NCBI GenBank assembly: GCA_964036045.1
Contig: OZ038378.1
Location: forward strand, 16,740,001-16,804,000
Reading direction: 5' to 3'
DNA length: 64,000 nucleotides
Source: Eutreptiella sp. 'Long Island Sound 2002'
Lineage: Eukaryota > Protista > Euglenida
In this document: positions 24,641 through 37,307 of the stretch, piece after piece
Numbering within the stretch: the stretch's first letter is position 1
Layout: each line of letters begins with the position of its first letter
The notes under the pieces: generated by a model
Database searches by the model: none
The model's input: the letters and a program-made list of their open reading frames with translations, nothing else
What the model was told of the DNA's origin: nothing
Made by a program: the position numbers and the translations under genes

Positions 24641-27600
24641 GGTAACCAGTCTTTGCGCACTGGCATAGGCACATACATGGTTGGGCATGGGCGTGATTCC
24701 GGTCCTCGGGTGGGTTCCACTCCAAAAACCCGAACTCTAGGTTCCGGCTTCACCAGCGGCGGTGATGTTGTCGGTGCTCGTGTTGGCACCGATTCCACAC
24801 CTCTGGCATGTTTCAACGGTTGATATTCATTGAAGTAATCACTTGCACCCTATAAAATTATCTATGCATCGAGAATGCACCACACACACCAAAATAGATC
24901 CAGGCACCTTGTATGCGCTCAAGACATCATTTATGCACCGCCAATGCACAATTGAAATCATGTTTCATGACAGAGAGTTTCTTGGCGTATGTGGAGTGAG
25001 GTTGAGAGCCCCAGCCCCCTTCCACCGAATGTTGCCAGTGTAAGCACCATGGCAACCCGGAATCTGAGGCATGTTGATATTGTGCCCATTTGACACTGCG
25101 AGCGATTTACCAAGGATCATAGACTCGGAACCTGACTCGTCCCAGCTAGTTAACGAACAAACATCCAACAAAACAAACAAATACAGAGCCCTCAACAAGT
25201 ATCAGCAACCGTCCACAATTCGTCCGTCCACAATTATCGACAACTAGCTAATGGTCATGGGCACCACTGCACTGGTGTGGAGGGTCACCATTGCGGTTGC
25301 TGGCGACGACACTATAGGACAGCCATGGGTGCCTAGGAAGGTCCTACAGGCACCCTTGACCGTCCTATGGCGTTGTAGTCGGCACTAGCTAGTCGACCCA
25401 GTAATGCCGCTGTGCTTTCATGCATAGTGCCGCATTCTTGTAAGCTTGTGTGCTCGCGTGCATATGGCTGTATTTGAATTACTAGGACCCGTGCTCCGGT
25501 GTGCAGGGCTACATTTGATCAGCAAGGCCATAGTTTTTCCTCCACAAGGCTGCATCCAGGGGGGGCACCTGACGCGGCGCACACGGCGCACAAATTTGGC
25601 CATTTATCCCGACCAAGCAACCATGCTTACCACCTAGGGGTTTTCTCTTCGATGGGGCCATTTTTGGAGGGCAAAAATCCTGGGCCGTGCCAGGAAAACA
25701 CGCCGCAAAAGTAGCATGCGTCGCACGCGTGGCACACATATTCCCCCTTTGAACTGGTAGTGCCTATGGTTTAGTGCATTGGGACACTTTTGAAGTGCAA
25801 GCCCTTGTGCTCCACCGCTTTTGAACTACACGGCAATGCGCTCTAGTGCACAAGATTGTGTTCGACCTTCAATTTTTGAAAGGGCTTGTTTTCTCGTCTG
25901 CCCCTTGTCTGTGTTCTCAGCATGCCATAGGCCATGGAGCATGCCTTCTGCTACGGTTGCGGGATGGGGCACCAAGCCAGTTTCCACTGGTTGTCGCCAA
26001 GGCGGACAATTGCCACGTGTGCCTCACGCCTCCCTACTTCAGCAAGTTTTGGTCCCAACTCCTTGAGCCTGAGCTGCGAACCCCCCCCCCCTTTATGAAA
26101 ATGGAGGTTGTTCCCAATCTTGTAGTCAGTTCCAAGAAAAAGGCACTCTTTGCCGCACGTTAGTGGGACCAATTTCATACTTTTGTTTGCATTTGCACAC
26201 GTGGATCACCTATTTGGGTTATGCGGTTAGTTGACAAATCTAGGGTGCCGCATGACGGCATGCCTTGAGCTCTGTATGGCCAACAATAGGAGCAAACCTA
26301 TGAATGGCTGTGGCGCCTAGCAGCCCACCAATCATGAAGTCCGAGCTGTCGAACAATGCTCAAGTATTTGCCCACGTACGGGCATGCATGTTTGTGCACG
26401 CCTAGAGGCCCCTGTTTTTGGGACATGGCTTAGCCCCTTGCTTGCCACTCTTTGTTTCCAATTCAAACAATGTCATGCTATCCTTAGGTCATGCTATGTG
26501 AGCTTTGCGTTAAGCATGGTTTGGCGACATTTGTGCCTTTTTTTATATGAGGGATACTCCACACATGAAACCCCCCCCACCCGCACCCTCTCCCTCACAC
26601 ATTGTACGGTGATGGGTGGGGATTGGTGTTGTAGTGGGAGTTGCGGGTTGGTCCACTTGCATCTGCAAGCGCCCCTCCTCTGACATGCCCGGGATACAAC
26701 GGAGCACATTTGCATCTGAGATATCCCTTGCTCTAGAGGCCTCACCCATTCCGTTGGCTTGCCGCCGTTCAACAAGTTGTCCGGAGGTGCTTGGGCCTTC
26801 GGCCTCCCAAGCAATGCCGTGCTTGGCCGGTTTCAGAGTTCGGGGGAACAAACCCAGGTTAATACTTGACCACCTCCTCCCCACAGCAATGTTTTTGAAC
26901 TTGGGAGGGGGGGTTGTGCGCGGTGTTTGTACATCCCCGCCCATCACTCTACACCACCTCCCATCCACCACCGTGGGTGGCACTTGTGGCATGCGAGGGA
27001 GTGGACACAAAATACACACACCACGGACACAACTAGGGGTAGGGGGGCACATGATGCCACAAGGAGGACTGAACGCGGGAACTAGCAGGCGGAAGGTTGT
27101 TATGTACCCCCATCGGGGAAGTTACCTGCAAGTGGACATCCTAGGGCTCAAAAGCTGCCGTTGGGGAGGGATCCCCCAGCGCCGGCGTGGGGTGTCCAAG
27201 TGGACGCACCAGGCCAATGGCGAGGGCAGTTGCCCTCCTCTGTGTGGACCCGAAACAGAACACTGAAACAGGGAGAGTCCGGGTGCTTCGTTGGCACAAC
27301 CTACCAAGGGAAGGAAAGGGTAGGTACTGAGGTAAGGACAGGCAGAGAGAGGGGGTGGTGAGAGGCCGATGGGCACCGCCGCATATGGGGGCACCGGGTT
27401 CAAGGGAAGGGCAGCGGTAAGTGGTGAGAGGCCAACAGGCGTCGCTAGCTACAGCCAAAGGCCCCCTTCCCAAATACAAACACTGGCACTTCGCGTCTAC
27501 GTCATGCTAACGGTGTCTACAATCATCAGATTGTGTCTACATGTGGCAGATGGCGTCTTCAGACCATTGACTGCCTTGCTCTGTGCACGGGTATACAGTG

Positions 27601-28193
27601 ATAGCAGAACCCCAATCTGCACCCCCCACCCACCCACCCTCTCCCCCTCCCCGAACCCCCTGCACCCCCCCATACCCATGCCATATATGTCCTACATACC
27701 CATGCCATCTCCATTAGCGCCAAGGGCCTCCCACCTGGGCATTTAGTATTCCGTCCTTTGGCTGGGGCTTGGCCGTTTGTAAGCCACGCCAATCCTGCCC
27801 TCCCCGGATTGATGCAGTTTGTGGAGCTCCAATCCTGCGGCTATTGGGGTCGCCCATCGTGGCCCATTCGGCTCTCTGCACCCCGCGCTTGAGCCAATGA
27901 GCTGCTGCTGCCGCTGCTGCTGTTGTGGTTGCTGGTGTCGTCGTTTTTTTCTGGCTGCTTCAGGCAGCTGCTTCTCCCATCTACTATACATTTGCGTTGA
28001 ATAAGTGTTGCTTTGTCCCAAACACTTCCAAAATCCTGCCTCAAAAACTCCGCAGACCAGTTTGATGGCCCAGAAGCCAACAACGCACCCAGAATCTCTG
28101 AATTGCCGTTGTGTTGTAATAAACAAGGCGACGCCCAAACCCCAAGACTGCGGCGTACACCATCCCACACCTTGATCTGCTGTCCCACCACAG

Positions 28194-28565
28194 GGCAGCT
28201 CCTGTGGGGTTTTCGGATCCTGCCTCCTCGAAGGAGGGTGCCGGTGCAACAATGGCACGCAGCAGCGGTCCCCAGACCTGCCCTGCGAGACTATCTCAGA
28301 GGGTGGGAGCATGGCCATAATCGGGATCGCCGCCGGGCTGGCCGTGCTGGTCATTGTAGTCGTCCTGGTGCTCTTCTGCTGCTTCAAAAAGGGGCGCGAT
28401 GTGTCGCTGGCACCGAAGGGGCCGCCGTTGGTTATCATGTTCAGCGACATCCAGGACTCCACAACATTGTGGGCAGAGCTGGAGGACCGCATGGACCCCA
28501 TGATCAACCAGCACCACGCCATTGTCCGCCGCCTCCTCCGCAAATATAAGGGCTATGAAGTCAAG
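28194..28565 (+). CDS. Receptor-type adenylate cyclase, exon A: partial EGF-like module, TM helix, start of class III cyclase domain
   Basis: Acceptor CCACCACAG|GGC, donor AAG|GTTCGT. Translation GSSCGVFGSCLLEGGCRCNNGTQQRSPDLPC...MAIIGIAAGLAVLVIVVVLVLFCCFKKGR...VIMFSDIQDSTTLW...YKGYEVK. Confidence 0.9.
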
Positions 28566-28989
28566 GTTCGTTATGGCACCTCCTCCCCCGCCACCGGGGC
28601 GTTGCTTTCACCCGGATTCCAGGGCCCGGGGAGCCCCCTCCCCCCCCTCCCCTGTCCCCCCAGACCCTCTCCCACCCGACCCCCTCCCCAGACATTCCGT
28701 TCACCCTTCAATGTGGGCATCCGCAGGCGCACCCACCCCCTGAGCAGCCTCAGTTTAGGCGATGAGACAGGCGTCTGTCGCCATTCCGAGCGAGGAACCC
28801 GAGCACCTCAAGCGTCTGAGGTGCACAAGGGCCCACAAGACCCCACAAAACGGGTCCATGACATACCACAGACCACCACCACAACAGCCAGTGGTCCCAA
28901 ACCCGCGGTGGTAGCACCATGTAACATGGTGGGCCCCCAATTGCCAAGAAGCTGGGCGTCCAGTGCACCGCCCTATCGCTCCAATCGTC

Positions 28990-30700
28990 CCTTGATTGAT
29001 CAAGGGACTGGGATGCCCCTGCGGCATGTAGTCAACAGCACAAAGTCTGATGTAGATAGGATGCAGTGCAGATGCTGCCGCACAGAGGCTGGAGCACAGA
29101 GGCTGTAGTAGCCATGTTGCAGCATGGAGGCTGCAGCACAGGGACTGCAGCACCAATGGTGTGGTTTGGAGGCAGCTGCAGTTAAGCTGCAGCACAGAGG
29201 CTGCGGCACAAGGGCACCAAGACCTCGGCATCGAGGCACAAAACCCCCAGCGTTGAATGGCCTTGGCCACACTGGACGGCTGATGTGCTGTGACACCAAG
29301 CCTTCCATTTGGAGGGACAGAGGCTGCTGCACCGAGGTTGCAGCACAGAGGCGACTGCGACCAGGGTGCAGCACGGATGCAGCAGCATGAAGGCAGCTGT
29401 AGTCAGGCTGCATCGTGTAGGCTGCGGCTGAGAGGCTGCAGGTGTGGCCGCAGCCATCACCCCAATAGTCCTTTGATTGGGAGCAGAAATGGGACGTGAG
29501 GTTGTGGCGAACATGCTACAGCATGGAGGCTGACTGGACCCTGACTGCAGTAGCCTCTGTGCTGCAGCCTCCGTGCAGGAGCCTCTGTGCGGCGGCACCT
29601 GCACCGCATCCTGTCTACAACAGGCTTTGTGTTGTTGTTTATGTGCCGCAGCCTCCACCACCCCAGCTCACCCCAGCCCTGTTACCAATCAAGGGACCAT
29701 TCCAGCAATAGCTGTAGCTGCACCTGCTACCTCTCAACTGTAGCATTTATGCTTTAGCCCTGTGCTGCATGCTGACTGCAGCTGCCTCTGTGTTGCAGCA
29801 TCATACCTGCAGCCATGGTGCCACAAGGTTGGTGCTGCGGCCTCCGTGGTGGAGCATGTACACTGCAACCTCACACCCTAGTCCCGTTACCAATCAAGGG
29901 ACTATTGGGGTTACACCGCCGCCCTAGGTTGTCGCATGACGGGAGCTACAGTCAGGCTGCAACATAAGTGCTGCAGCGCAGTGGTTTGGTGCCTCCGTGC
30001 GGGCGTCCCAGGATCCTTTACGCTAATTAGCTTAAGGGCCGGATGCTTCCGCTAAGGAGGGCTTGTGCCTCTACATGGAGGGCTTGGTGTCACAGCACAT
30101 CAGTTGACCAGCCATGACACCGTGGCCGAGGCCATCCTGTGATTGGGGCTTTGTGCCTCGATGCCAAGGTCTTGGTGCCCCTGTGCTGCAGCGTTTGTGA
30201 TGCGGCCCGACTGCAGCTGCGTCTGTACTACAGTCTGGGTGGCTGCAGCGTTGAGGCTGCGGGTGAGAGGCTGTGGGTGTGGCCACCGCCATCGACCCAA
30301 TAGTCCCTCGGTTGGTAACAGGACTAGGTTGAGAGGCTGCAGCGCACATGCTTCAGCATGGAGGCTCCAGCACAAAAGCTGCAGCTGAGAGGTTGATGGT
30401 GCACCTGCCGCTATCAGTGTCCCCTGATGCAGAGGGCGCCATCCAGCCATGACACCCTGGCAGAGGCCATTATTTGCAGGGAGCTTTGTGCCTCGACATC
30501 AGAGTCTTGGTGCCCTCGTGCCACAGCCTCCACAAGCATGGAGCAACGCAACCACGCGGTGCACACACCAAGCACATGGATGGCTGCCAACACCTTACAG
30601 CAAGGGAGCAAGGGGGTTCTGCAAGGTGAACAGCCCCCGAGTGCCCAACGGTGCCGCAATCAACCATCTAGATATGCCACTGTGACATGGGGAGCTAAAG
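28990..30700. repeat. Complex GCTGCAGC-rich repeat with copies in both orientations (intronic inverted repeat)
   Basis: About 29200-29315 is the reverse complement of about 30068-30192. About 29450-29505 is inverted at about 29868-29920 and directly repeated at about 30280-30335. Confidence 0.85.
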
Positions 30701-31099
30701 GCACCCAACCCCAGCCAGCGTTGTAGTACGTTGGCACAGCCCTGCACCAAAGTAGGGGCGGTGTCCTCACACCAATTAGGTGTGGACATTGGCTGTTGTG
30801 GGCCCCAAGCAATTCCCACCCCAACCAGCAGGCGACCCCCATCCCTACAGCTAGTGGCACCATGAGCACATGGTGGGCAAGTAGCTGCCCAAGAATGCTA
30901 TTTAGGCAGTGTTGCACCCATACAAGTTGATTAGGGTGTAGTCCCTATTTCTTGGTCATCACACAATTGGGGCCGACGTGCGTCCACTAGGAGCAATGTA
31001 GCGTAACACGAACGACAAATGCATGAGCGCAGAGACCATGGGAGACAAGAGCATGGTGCACCACGACTTGCACCGGGGTACCACTTCTTTTTGCGGTGG

Positions 31100-33230
31100 G
31101 GGGCAGTGTTGAAAAAAAATGGGTTTGGCTTATAGCCGCCGTTGTGCGCCGACTCAGACCCGGGTCCATTCCACTTCTTCTTTCTATATGGACCCTCTAA
31201 CCACTAACGCGGCCCCGGGTACTATCTTTGCCTTTTCAAGTTCCGCCCCCCATGGGGCCCCACCGGTGAGGTCATTTTCAGGGAAGCTTAGGTTGGCTGA
31301 AAAATTGCAATTTCAGGGTGACCCCAACAACCCTTGGAGACCCTTGTGCCGTTGTTGGGTGATCATTTGGTGACAATGGGTGTACGCATATAGCCATGGG
31401 GAGCCATGTAGCACCAGCCAGGCCCCTAGTGGGTCTTATTGGCCGAGGAAGGGCCGTTTAGGGCCTATTAGCACCGTGGTTGGCTAAATTTGGTTGGCCG
31501 AGAGTTGCCACTGTGCATCGATTTGGACCTAGATCCCTTTCCACTTCTTTCTTTTATATGGGCCCCTGACTAGTGACGTCTCGGGTGCTACCTGTGACTT
31601 TCCAACATCGGCCCCCCTATGGGGCCCCACCGGTGAGGACTTTGCCGTTCCCAAGCCGCCAACATGGGTGGCTAGAATTGCAGTTTCGGAATGACCCCCA
31701 ACAACAGGACCCCTAGGCCGTTGTTGGGTGACCATTCACTGGCAATGGGAGTGCTATTAAAGCCATAGGAGATTGAATTGTTGGTTTCACCCTTGTAAAA
31801 TGATTGTTTTGTCCAATAAACACATCCCCCAATGAGTCTTTGATCAAGAACCCCCTAGACCTCCCCCCTCACTTGAAATCCACTTTTTTTAGGGGACGAG
31901 GAGGGGGGTGTCTAGGGGAGGTGAAAAAATGTCGAAAAACGCCCGTCCCCCCCTTTTTGTGGGTTGAAGGTCACGAATCTTTTGGTTTTTTTTCAATTTT
32001 GAGCTGAAAAAGTATTTTCGGGTCCGGAATCCATAGGGTTTGTGTGAGCGGAGTGGGACGAACACTTATGCAATTTATGCAATGTTTAACCAATTTTCCT
32101 ACATCGGCGTGACAGGTAACGTTAGTGACTCCGTGGTACCCACTCAGAGGGGTGTAGCTGGTGATTTTATGACAGTATACACGTGCTAGGAGACAAAAGG
32201 TCATTTTTCGCAGCATCTAGCCCTGCCTAGGGCCGGTCATGGCGCATGTGAAAGACGCCAAATGACCACAAAAAAATGGCTTGCATGTGTTGGCTTGACA
32301 ATGCACTTTTCCCAGCGACCCTTGACGGTCCTCATGGACAGTTGGGTCGTTGTTTGGTGATCATTTGGTGAAAATGGAAGTAGGTATAAACACGTGGGGT
32401 GCCATGCACCACCAACTAGGCCCTCTTTGTGGGGCTTATTGGCCTCCAAGGGCCTCATTTTGGGCTAAGTTCCACCATAGCGGGCCAAATTTGCTTGGCC
32501 TCGGCTGCCATTGTGCTTCCATTCAGACCCTGGTCCCGTTCCACTTTTTTCTTCTTTATGGGCCCCCTAACCAATGACGGGGTTCCCATGTGCTATCTCC
32601 AACTTTCCAAGATCGGCCCCCCTATGGGGCCCCACCAGCACCGATGGGGACTTTGCGGTTTTAGGCCAGCTTGGGTTGGCTGAAAATTCGAACTTTCGGG
32701 GTGACCTCCAACAACCCATGGGCACCCTTGGGCCATTGTTGGGTGATCATTTGGTGACAAGGGGAGTGCATGGAAACCCATGGGGGTTCATGTAGCACAA
32801 GATAGGCCCTCCTAACGGTGCTTGTCCCTCGAAAGCGGTGTTGGACCCGTTGGCGCCGCGGTGGGCTGAATTTGGTTGGCCTACAGTTGCCATTGTGCCT
32901 TGATTCTGACCTAGGTCCCAAACATAGGTTCCATTCCACTTTGTTCTTCTATATGGAGCCCCTAACCGATGATGGGGGCTCCAAGTGCTATCTCCGATTT
33001 TCCCACCATGGTGCAAACATGCCCGGAACGTTGCTTTCCGGGGCCAACAAGCACCATTAGGAGGGCCTAGTTGGTGCCACATTGCCCCCCCCTCGCTTCG
33101 TACGCACTCCATTGTCACCAAATGATCATCCAACAACAGCCCGAGGGTCCCCAAGGGGTTTCAGGGGTCAGTCCCAAATTGCCATTTGTCAGCCAACCCA
33201 AGCCAGCGGCTAAGACGGCCCCATAGGGAG
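31100..33230. repeat. Degenerate tandem repeat of about 370-390 bp, interrupted at about 31780-32340, last unit inverted
   Basis: Marker TTGGGTGATCATTTGGTGACAA (or variant) at about 31357, 31724, 32355 and 32740. Its reverse complement is at about 33113. Confidence 0.85.
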
Positions 33231-35125
33231 GTCAATCTTGGATTCCACACACCACGTTCAGCCATCGCCACCAACACGCGCACGTGTGCGCGCGCACACA
33301 CACACCACTGCACTTGATCAAGCCCAAGGACTTTTCGCCATTGGACTACAAATAAGGAGAGCTCGCCTCCCTAACGGCAGTGACGAGTTCAAGCAGCAGA
33401 CAGCCCTGCCGGAACACTATTGGGTGTTGCTAAGCAAAATAGGAAAGGGAGGAAGCAAGAGCACCCGACCAACAGACAGGATCAAGCCATCATATTTAAT
33501 GGGAGGAGTGCTCGTGCCCCCATAAATAATGAGTAGATAGAACACCGTGCAAGGGGGCTCTTTCAGCTAGCGGTCCCAAGAGCCCCTATCCAGTGCAGCA
33601 AGGTGCGGGGGTGGAACCCCTCCTTGGCCCACTCCATGATGATGTAGACGCCGATGGCAAGAAAGCTCCCCTTTCCCGAGCGGCCCCTCTTCTTGCGGGA
33701 TTTTTTGCCTCTCTGCCTCAGCCTTGCTTTTTATGCAAAGAGTGCGATGGCACAATCCGTCTCATCTGTAGCTGGCTCCGAGTAAAACATTTTATTGTGC
33801 CCAGCCACCATTTCCCTATTGTGCCACTGTTTCTTGTTTGCGTACATATGCGGACAGCGTTGCGCAAGGGAGGTTTACACGGAGGTGTATGGCCACTTTG
33901 AGACAAGGTCTTGGTTTTTGTTCCCACATCACACACATCTCTTGAGTATCCCACATCCTTTTGCAGCATGTGAGCACAAGAGAGTGTGGGCTCTGTATCT
34001 TTACGCTAAGCTCCCACTTGTCAATTGTGTTGAGTTTTGTTGTTCTGGCCCAGCAGTTTGCTCGCCCCACCATTTGCAGTATTGTGGTGTAGTGGGCTAG
34101 CAGGTGTCTTGGATACACTGTTGGAGACCTAGGTGCGTGTCCTCTATGGTCAACTTGGGACACTGCTGGCAACCATTGAGACTATGAGGACGCGGAGGGT
34201 GACCAAACATCAATGATATTCAGTGACCTTTTGGCGTGAGCTTCTCTCAATTTCACACACCGGGCTCAGTGGCCTAAGGCACGTGAGCTGAGGAGTACCC
34301 AAGATGTGTCGCTAGTGGTTAGGCAGCAGCGTTGGCAAGTGGGAGTCAGGCCACCTGCCTATGGTACCCTCCGTGCAGATCAGGCGGCGGCATCTAGTAT
34401 TAGTTCAATGATTGGTTAGTACATTTTAACTTTTGGAAAGCCGCTTCATGCGGGGTGGGTGCAGATTAAGCAGGTTGTTGCCGTTGTGATCTTCAATTTT
34501 TGCAACAATTACTAGAATCAGCTTCAGCATGTCCGGAAAGGCACACAAATGCTGTCTGTTGCTACTGGTTTGTCCCGGCATTGCCGAGCTCATCAAACAA
34601 ATCATAATAGATTTGGATATTACATCTACTTGGGTTTACCGCGGTTCTCTCTCCAATTCAGAGGGCGTGTCACTTGACCCAATATAGAATGCACAACACA
34701 GTTGACAAGCAACGGTTATTCATGTGTGGATGGATGTTCGGGACCGCAAACTACAAGAGGCCCCATATTTTCGGGGCTTTCGGGAATGCCGCTACAATTT
34801 GAAATTGCAGGTGAAAATAGTTTGAAGTTGCAAGTGAAAACCACAAAAAAGAAACCAATACTAAGAGCTACTTGGGACCCGAGGAAAACAGGTTGGTGAC
34901 ATAGCCCACTGGCCAGAGGTGATGCCTAGGTGTGGCTTCAATTCACAATCCAAGCAGCAGGTGCTATCGTCCATGTATCCCAACCAATTGAAAAGGCCAT
35001 CAGGATTCCGGAACGTCTGAACCCCATGCAAAGCGACGTGTTGCACGCAGCTCATTGACTACACAGAAGACCATGGCTGAAGTTGTCTACCTTTGAGCAA
35101 CTGCCAACAACAGTGTCTTAGTGTA

Positions 35126-35856
35126 CCCCCCCCCCCCCCTTTGTCTAAGATATGGCCTTGTCTAAGCTACAGCAGGCGTAGGGACCATATTAATGCCGTA
35201 CCTAATTTAATTCGGTACGAAATGTAGTGCAACCGCTTAAGAGAAGGTTGGCCATTGAAGAATGTTCATACAATGTAAATCGGGTAGGGGTCAAAATCCG
35301 GACGCTGACAAATGAGGTACACTCTGGTCCACTATGTGGCCACCAATAAGGTTCCATGGTGTTAAGAACTTCACAGGGAGGTTTTCTTGTTCTGAAGACC
35401 ACAGACCACAGAAAGGAGTTGCTGGACACAATATCAAACATGAAATCAGCTACCCATTGCAATTGTTTGGGCTCCTGAGAGCCACTCAAGCATGCAGTGT
35501 TCAATCAAATCCCTTTACAGGGTGATAGTGTAGTACATCGAGTGACCTGAACTGTAGTCATCTCATCTTGCACATTCGTTTGGGCACCTTACAGCGCCTT
35601 GCTGGACTATGAACTGAGTTGCATGCCGGAGTGATTCTTGAGGATGATGGCCATCGTTGACCTCTGGCCAAGGTACATTTTGCGTATGGGCCGTCAGCTC
35701 CACAAATGTGAAGCGCTCTCTTTTTGCGTTTGCATGTGTTCCACTCAATTTTCATTTGTCCCACAGCCGCACGCACACGATTTACGATTTACGCACACGA
35801 TTTGTCTAAGTGTGAATTTGGTATTTTGCCGCCCTGTTTAGACAAGTGGCGGGGTG
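35126..35856. mobile_element. MITE-like element, poly-C/TTGTCTAA TIR, TA flanks
   Basis: Left end TA|C14-TTTGTCTAAG. Right end TTAGACAAGTGGCGGGGTG|TA. Confidence 0.6.
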
Positions 35857-36002
35857 TACCAACGATTGCACAATTCGTCCAAAGCTACCACTTGTGGCTG
35901 CCGTTCTGGTGCCAGACCGCATGTAGGCTCCAGTCGCATGTGGTATTGAACCCTTTTGCCAAACCCCCGAAAACACCCCCATGGCCCATCATTCTTCCGC
36001 AG

Positions 36003-36626
36003 ACCATCGGGGACTGCTTCATGGCGGCGTTCAAGGATCCGGTAGGGGCCCTGCAGGCGGCCACCGAGATCCAACAGCGGATGCACGAGGCCCAGTGGGA
36101 CCCGGAGATCGAGGAACTGTACAAGCGGGTGATGGAGGACCGGGAGGAGCAGGCGGTGACGGACGAGGACGGGGGCATCCGGGGATTGCGGGTGCGCATC
36201 GGGATGCAGATTGCTGTGTCCGGGAGCGACATCAAGCCAAAGCGCGACCCCGTGACCACCGGGTACGACCACTACGGAACCGCCGTCAATGTTGCGGCGC
36301 GAATGGAAGCCAAGGCCTTTGGCGGAGAGGTATTGGTGACTCAAGATTTGGTGGATGAGGCGGGGCTGCCGGAGCTGAAGCAACGATTCTACATCAGGCA
36401 GCAGGGCACCGTCCATTTGAAAGGCGTCCCGGGCGGTAAGATGGCATGGCGGGTGCTGCCGCATGCACTCAGTGACCGGGTCCTGCCGGAACGTGCGCCG
36501 GAGGAAGAGGCGGAGTCGGACGACGAGAGTGAGGGGTATGAAGACGAGCAGGACGGCTCGGTGACGAGATTGATTGAGAGTGAAGCCAAGCGGCTCGGAT
36601 TATCAAGGCACTACCTGATGCAGCAG
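36003..36626 (+). CDS. Receptor-type adenylate cyclase, exon B: catalytic domain
   Basis: Acceptor TTCTTCCGCAG|ACC joins EVK|TIGDCFMAAF in phase 0. Contains LRVRIGM and GYDHYGTAVNVAARMEAKAFGGEVLVT. Donor CAG|GTGCGT. Confidence 0.95.
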
Positions 36627-36754
36627 GTGCGTTCTCACAGGCATTTAACCTTGCCAGTGTTTGTTTCCATCAGGCTGGTTTCCATGTTCATCGGCCCCTG
36701 CGAGCCTGACTGCTTTTGTGCCACACCTTCTTTGAATCTCTGGTCCAGGCGTTC

Positions 36755-36810
36755 CATGCGTTCGTTCGTTCGCTCGTTCGTTCATCCGTTCGTTCGCTCG
36801 TTCGTTCGCG
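36755..36810. repeat. Degenerate (TTCG)n microsatellite
   Basis: Read directly. Confidence 0.85.
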
Positions 36811-37089
36811 TGAGGTCGGTCAGTCGGCCAGTCGTTCGTTTTGATTCGTGGCAAGTTAGCCCTTGGCTCGGTAGTGACAATACACAGTGACAGTGTGTAG
36901 GATGACAGCGGCAGTGGCAGTGACAGTGTGGTCGACGCTATTCAATCGGTCTGTTTGTCTTGTCCCACTCCATCATCTCCAGTTGTCAGCCATGCTTCTC
37001 ATTGGATGTGCCTTGTCCAATGAAGGTCCCTGTCACACACGTGTCACACTGCCTTCTGTGCTGTCACTCTATGCTGTGATCCGACAAGG

Positions 37090-37103
37090 GTGTGTGTGTG
37101 TGT

Positions 37104-37190
<87 letters not shown>

Positions 37191-37210
37191 GGGGGGGTGT
37201 GTGTGTGTGT

Positions 37211-37304
<94 letters not shown>
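37090..37304. repeat. Long (GT)n microsatellite with a short G-run interruption
   Basis: Read directly. Confidence 0.97.
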
Positions 37305-37307
<3 letters not shown>

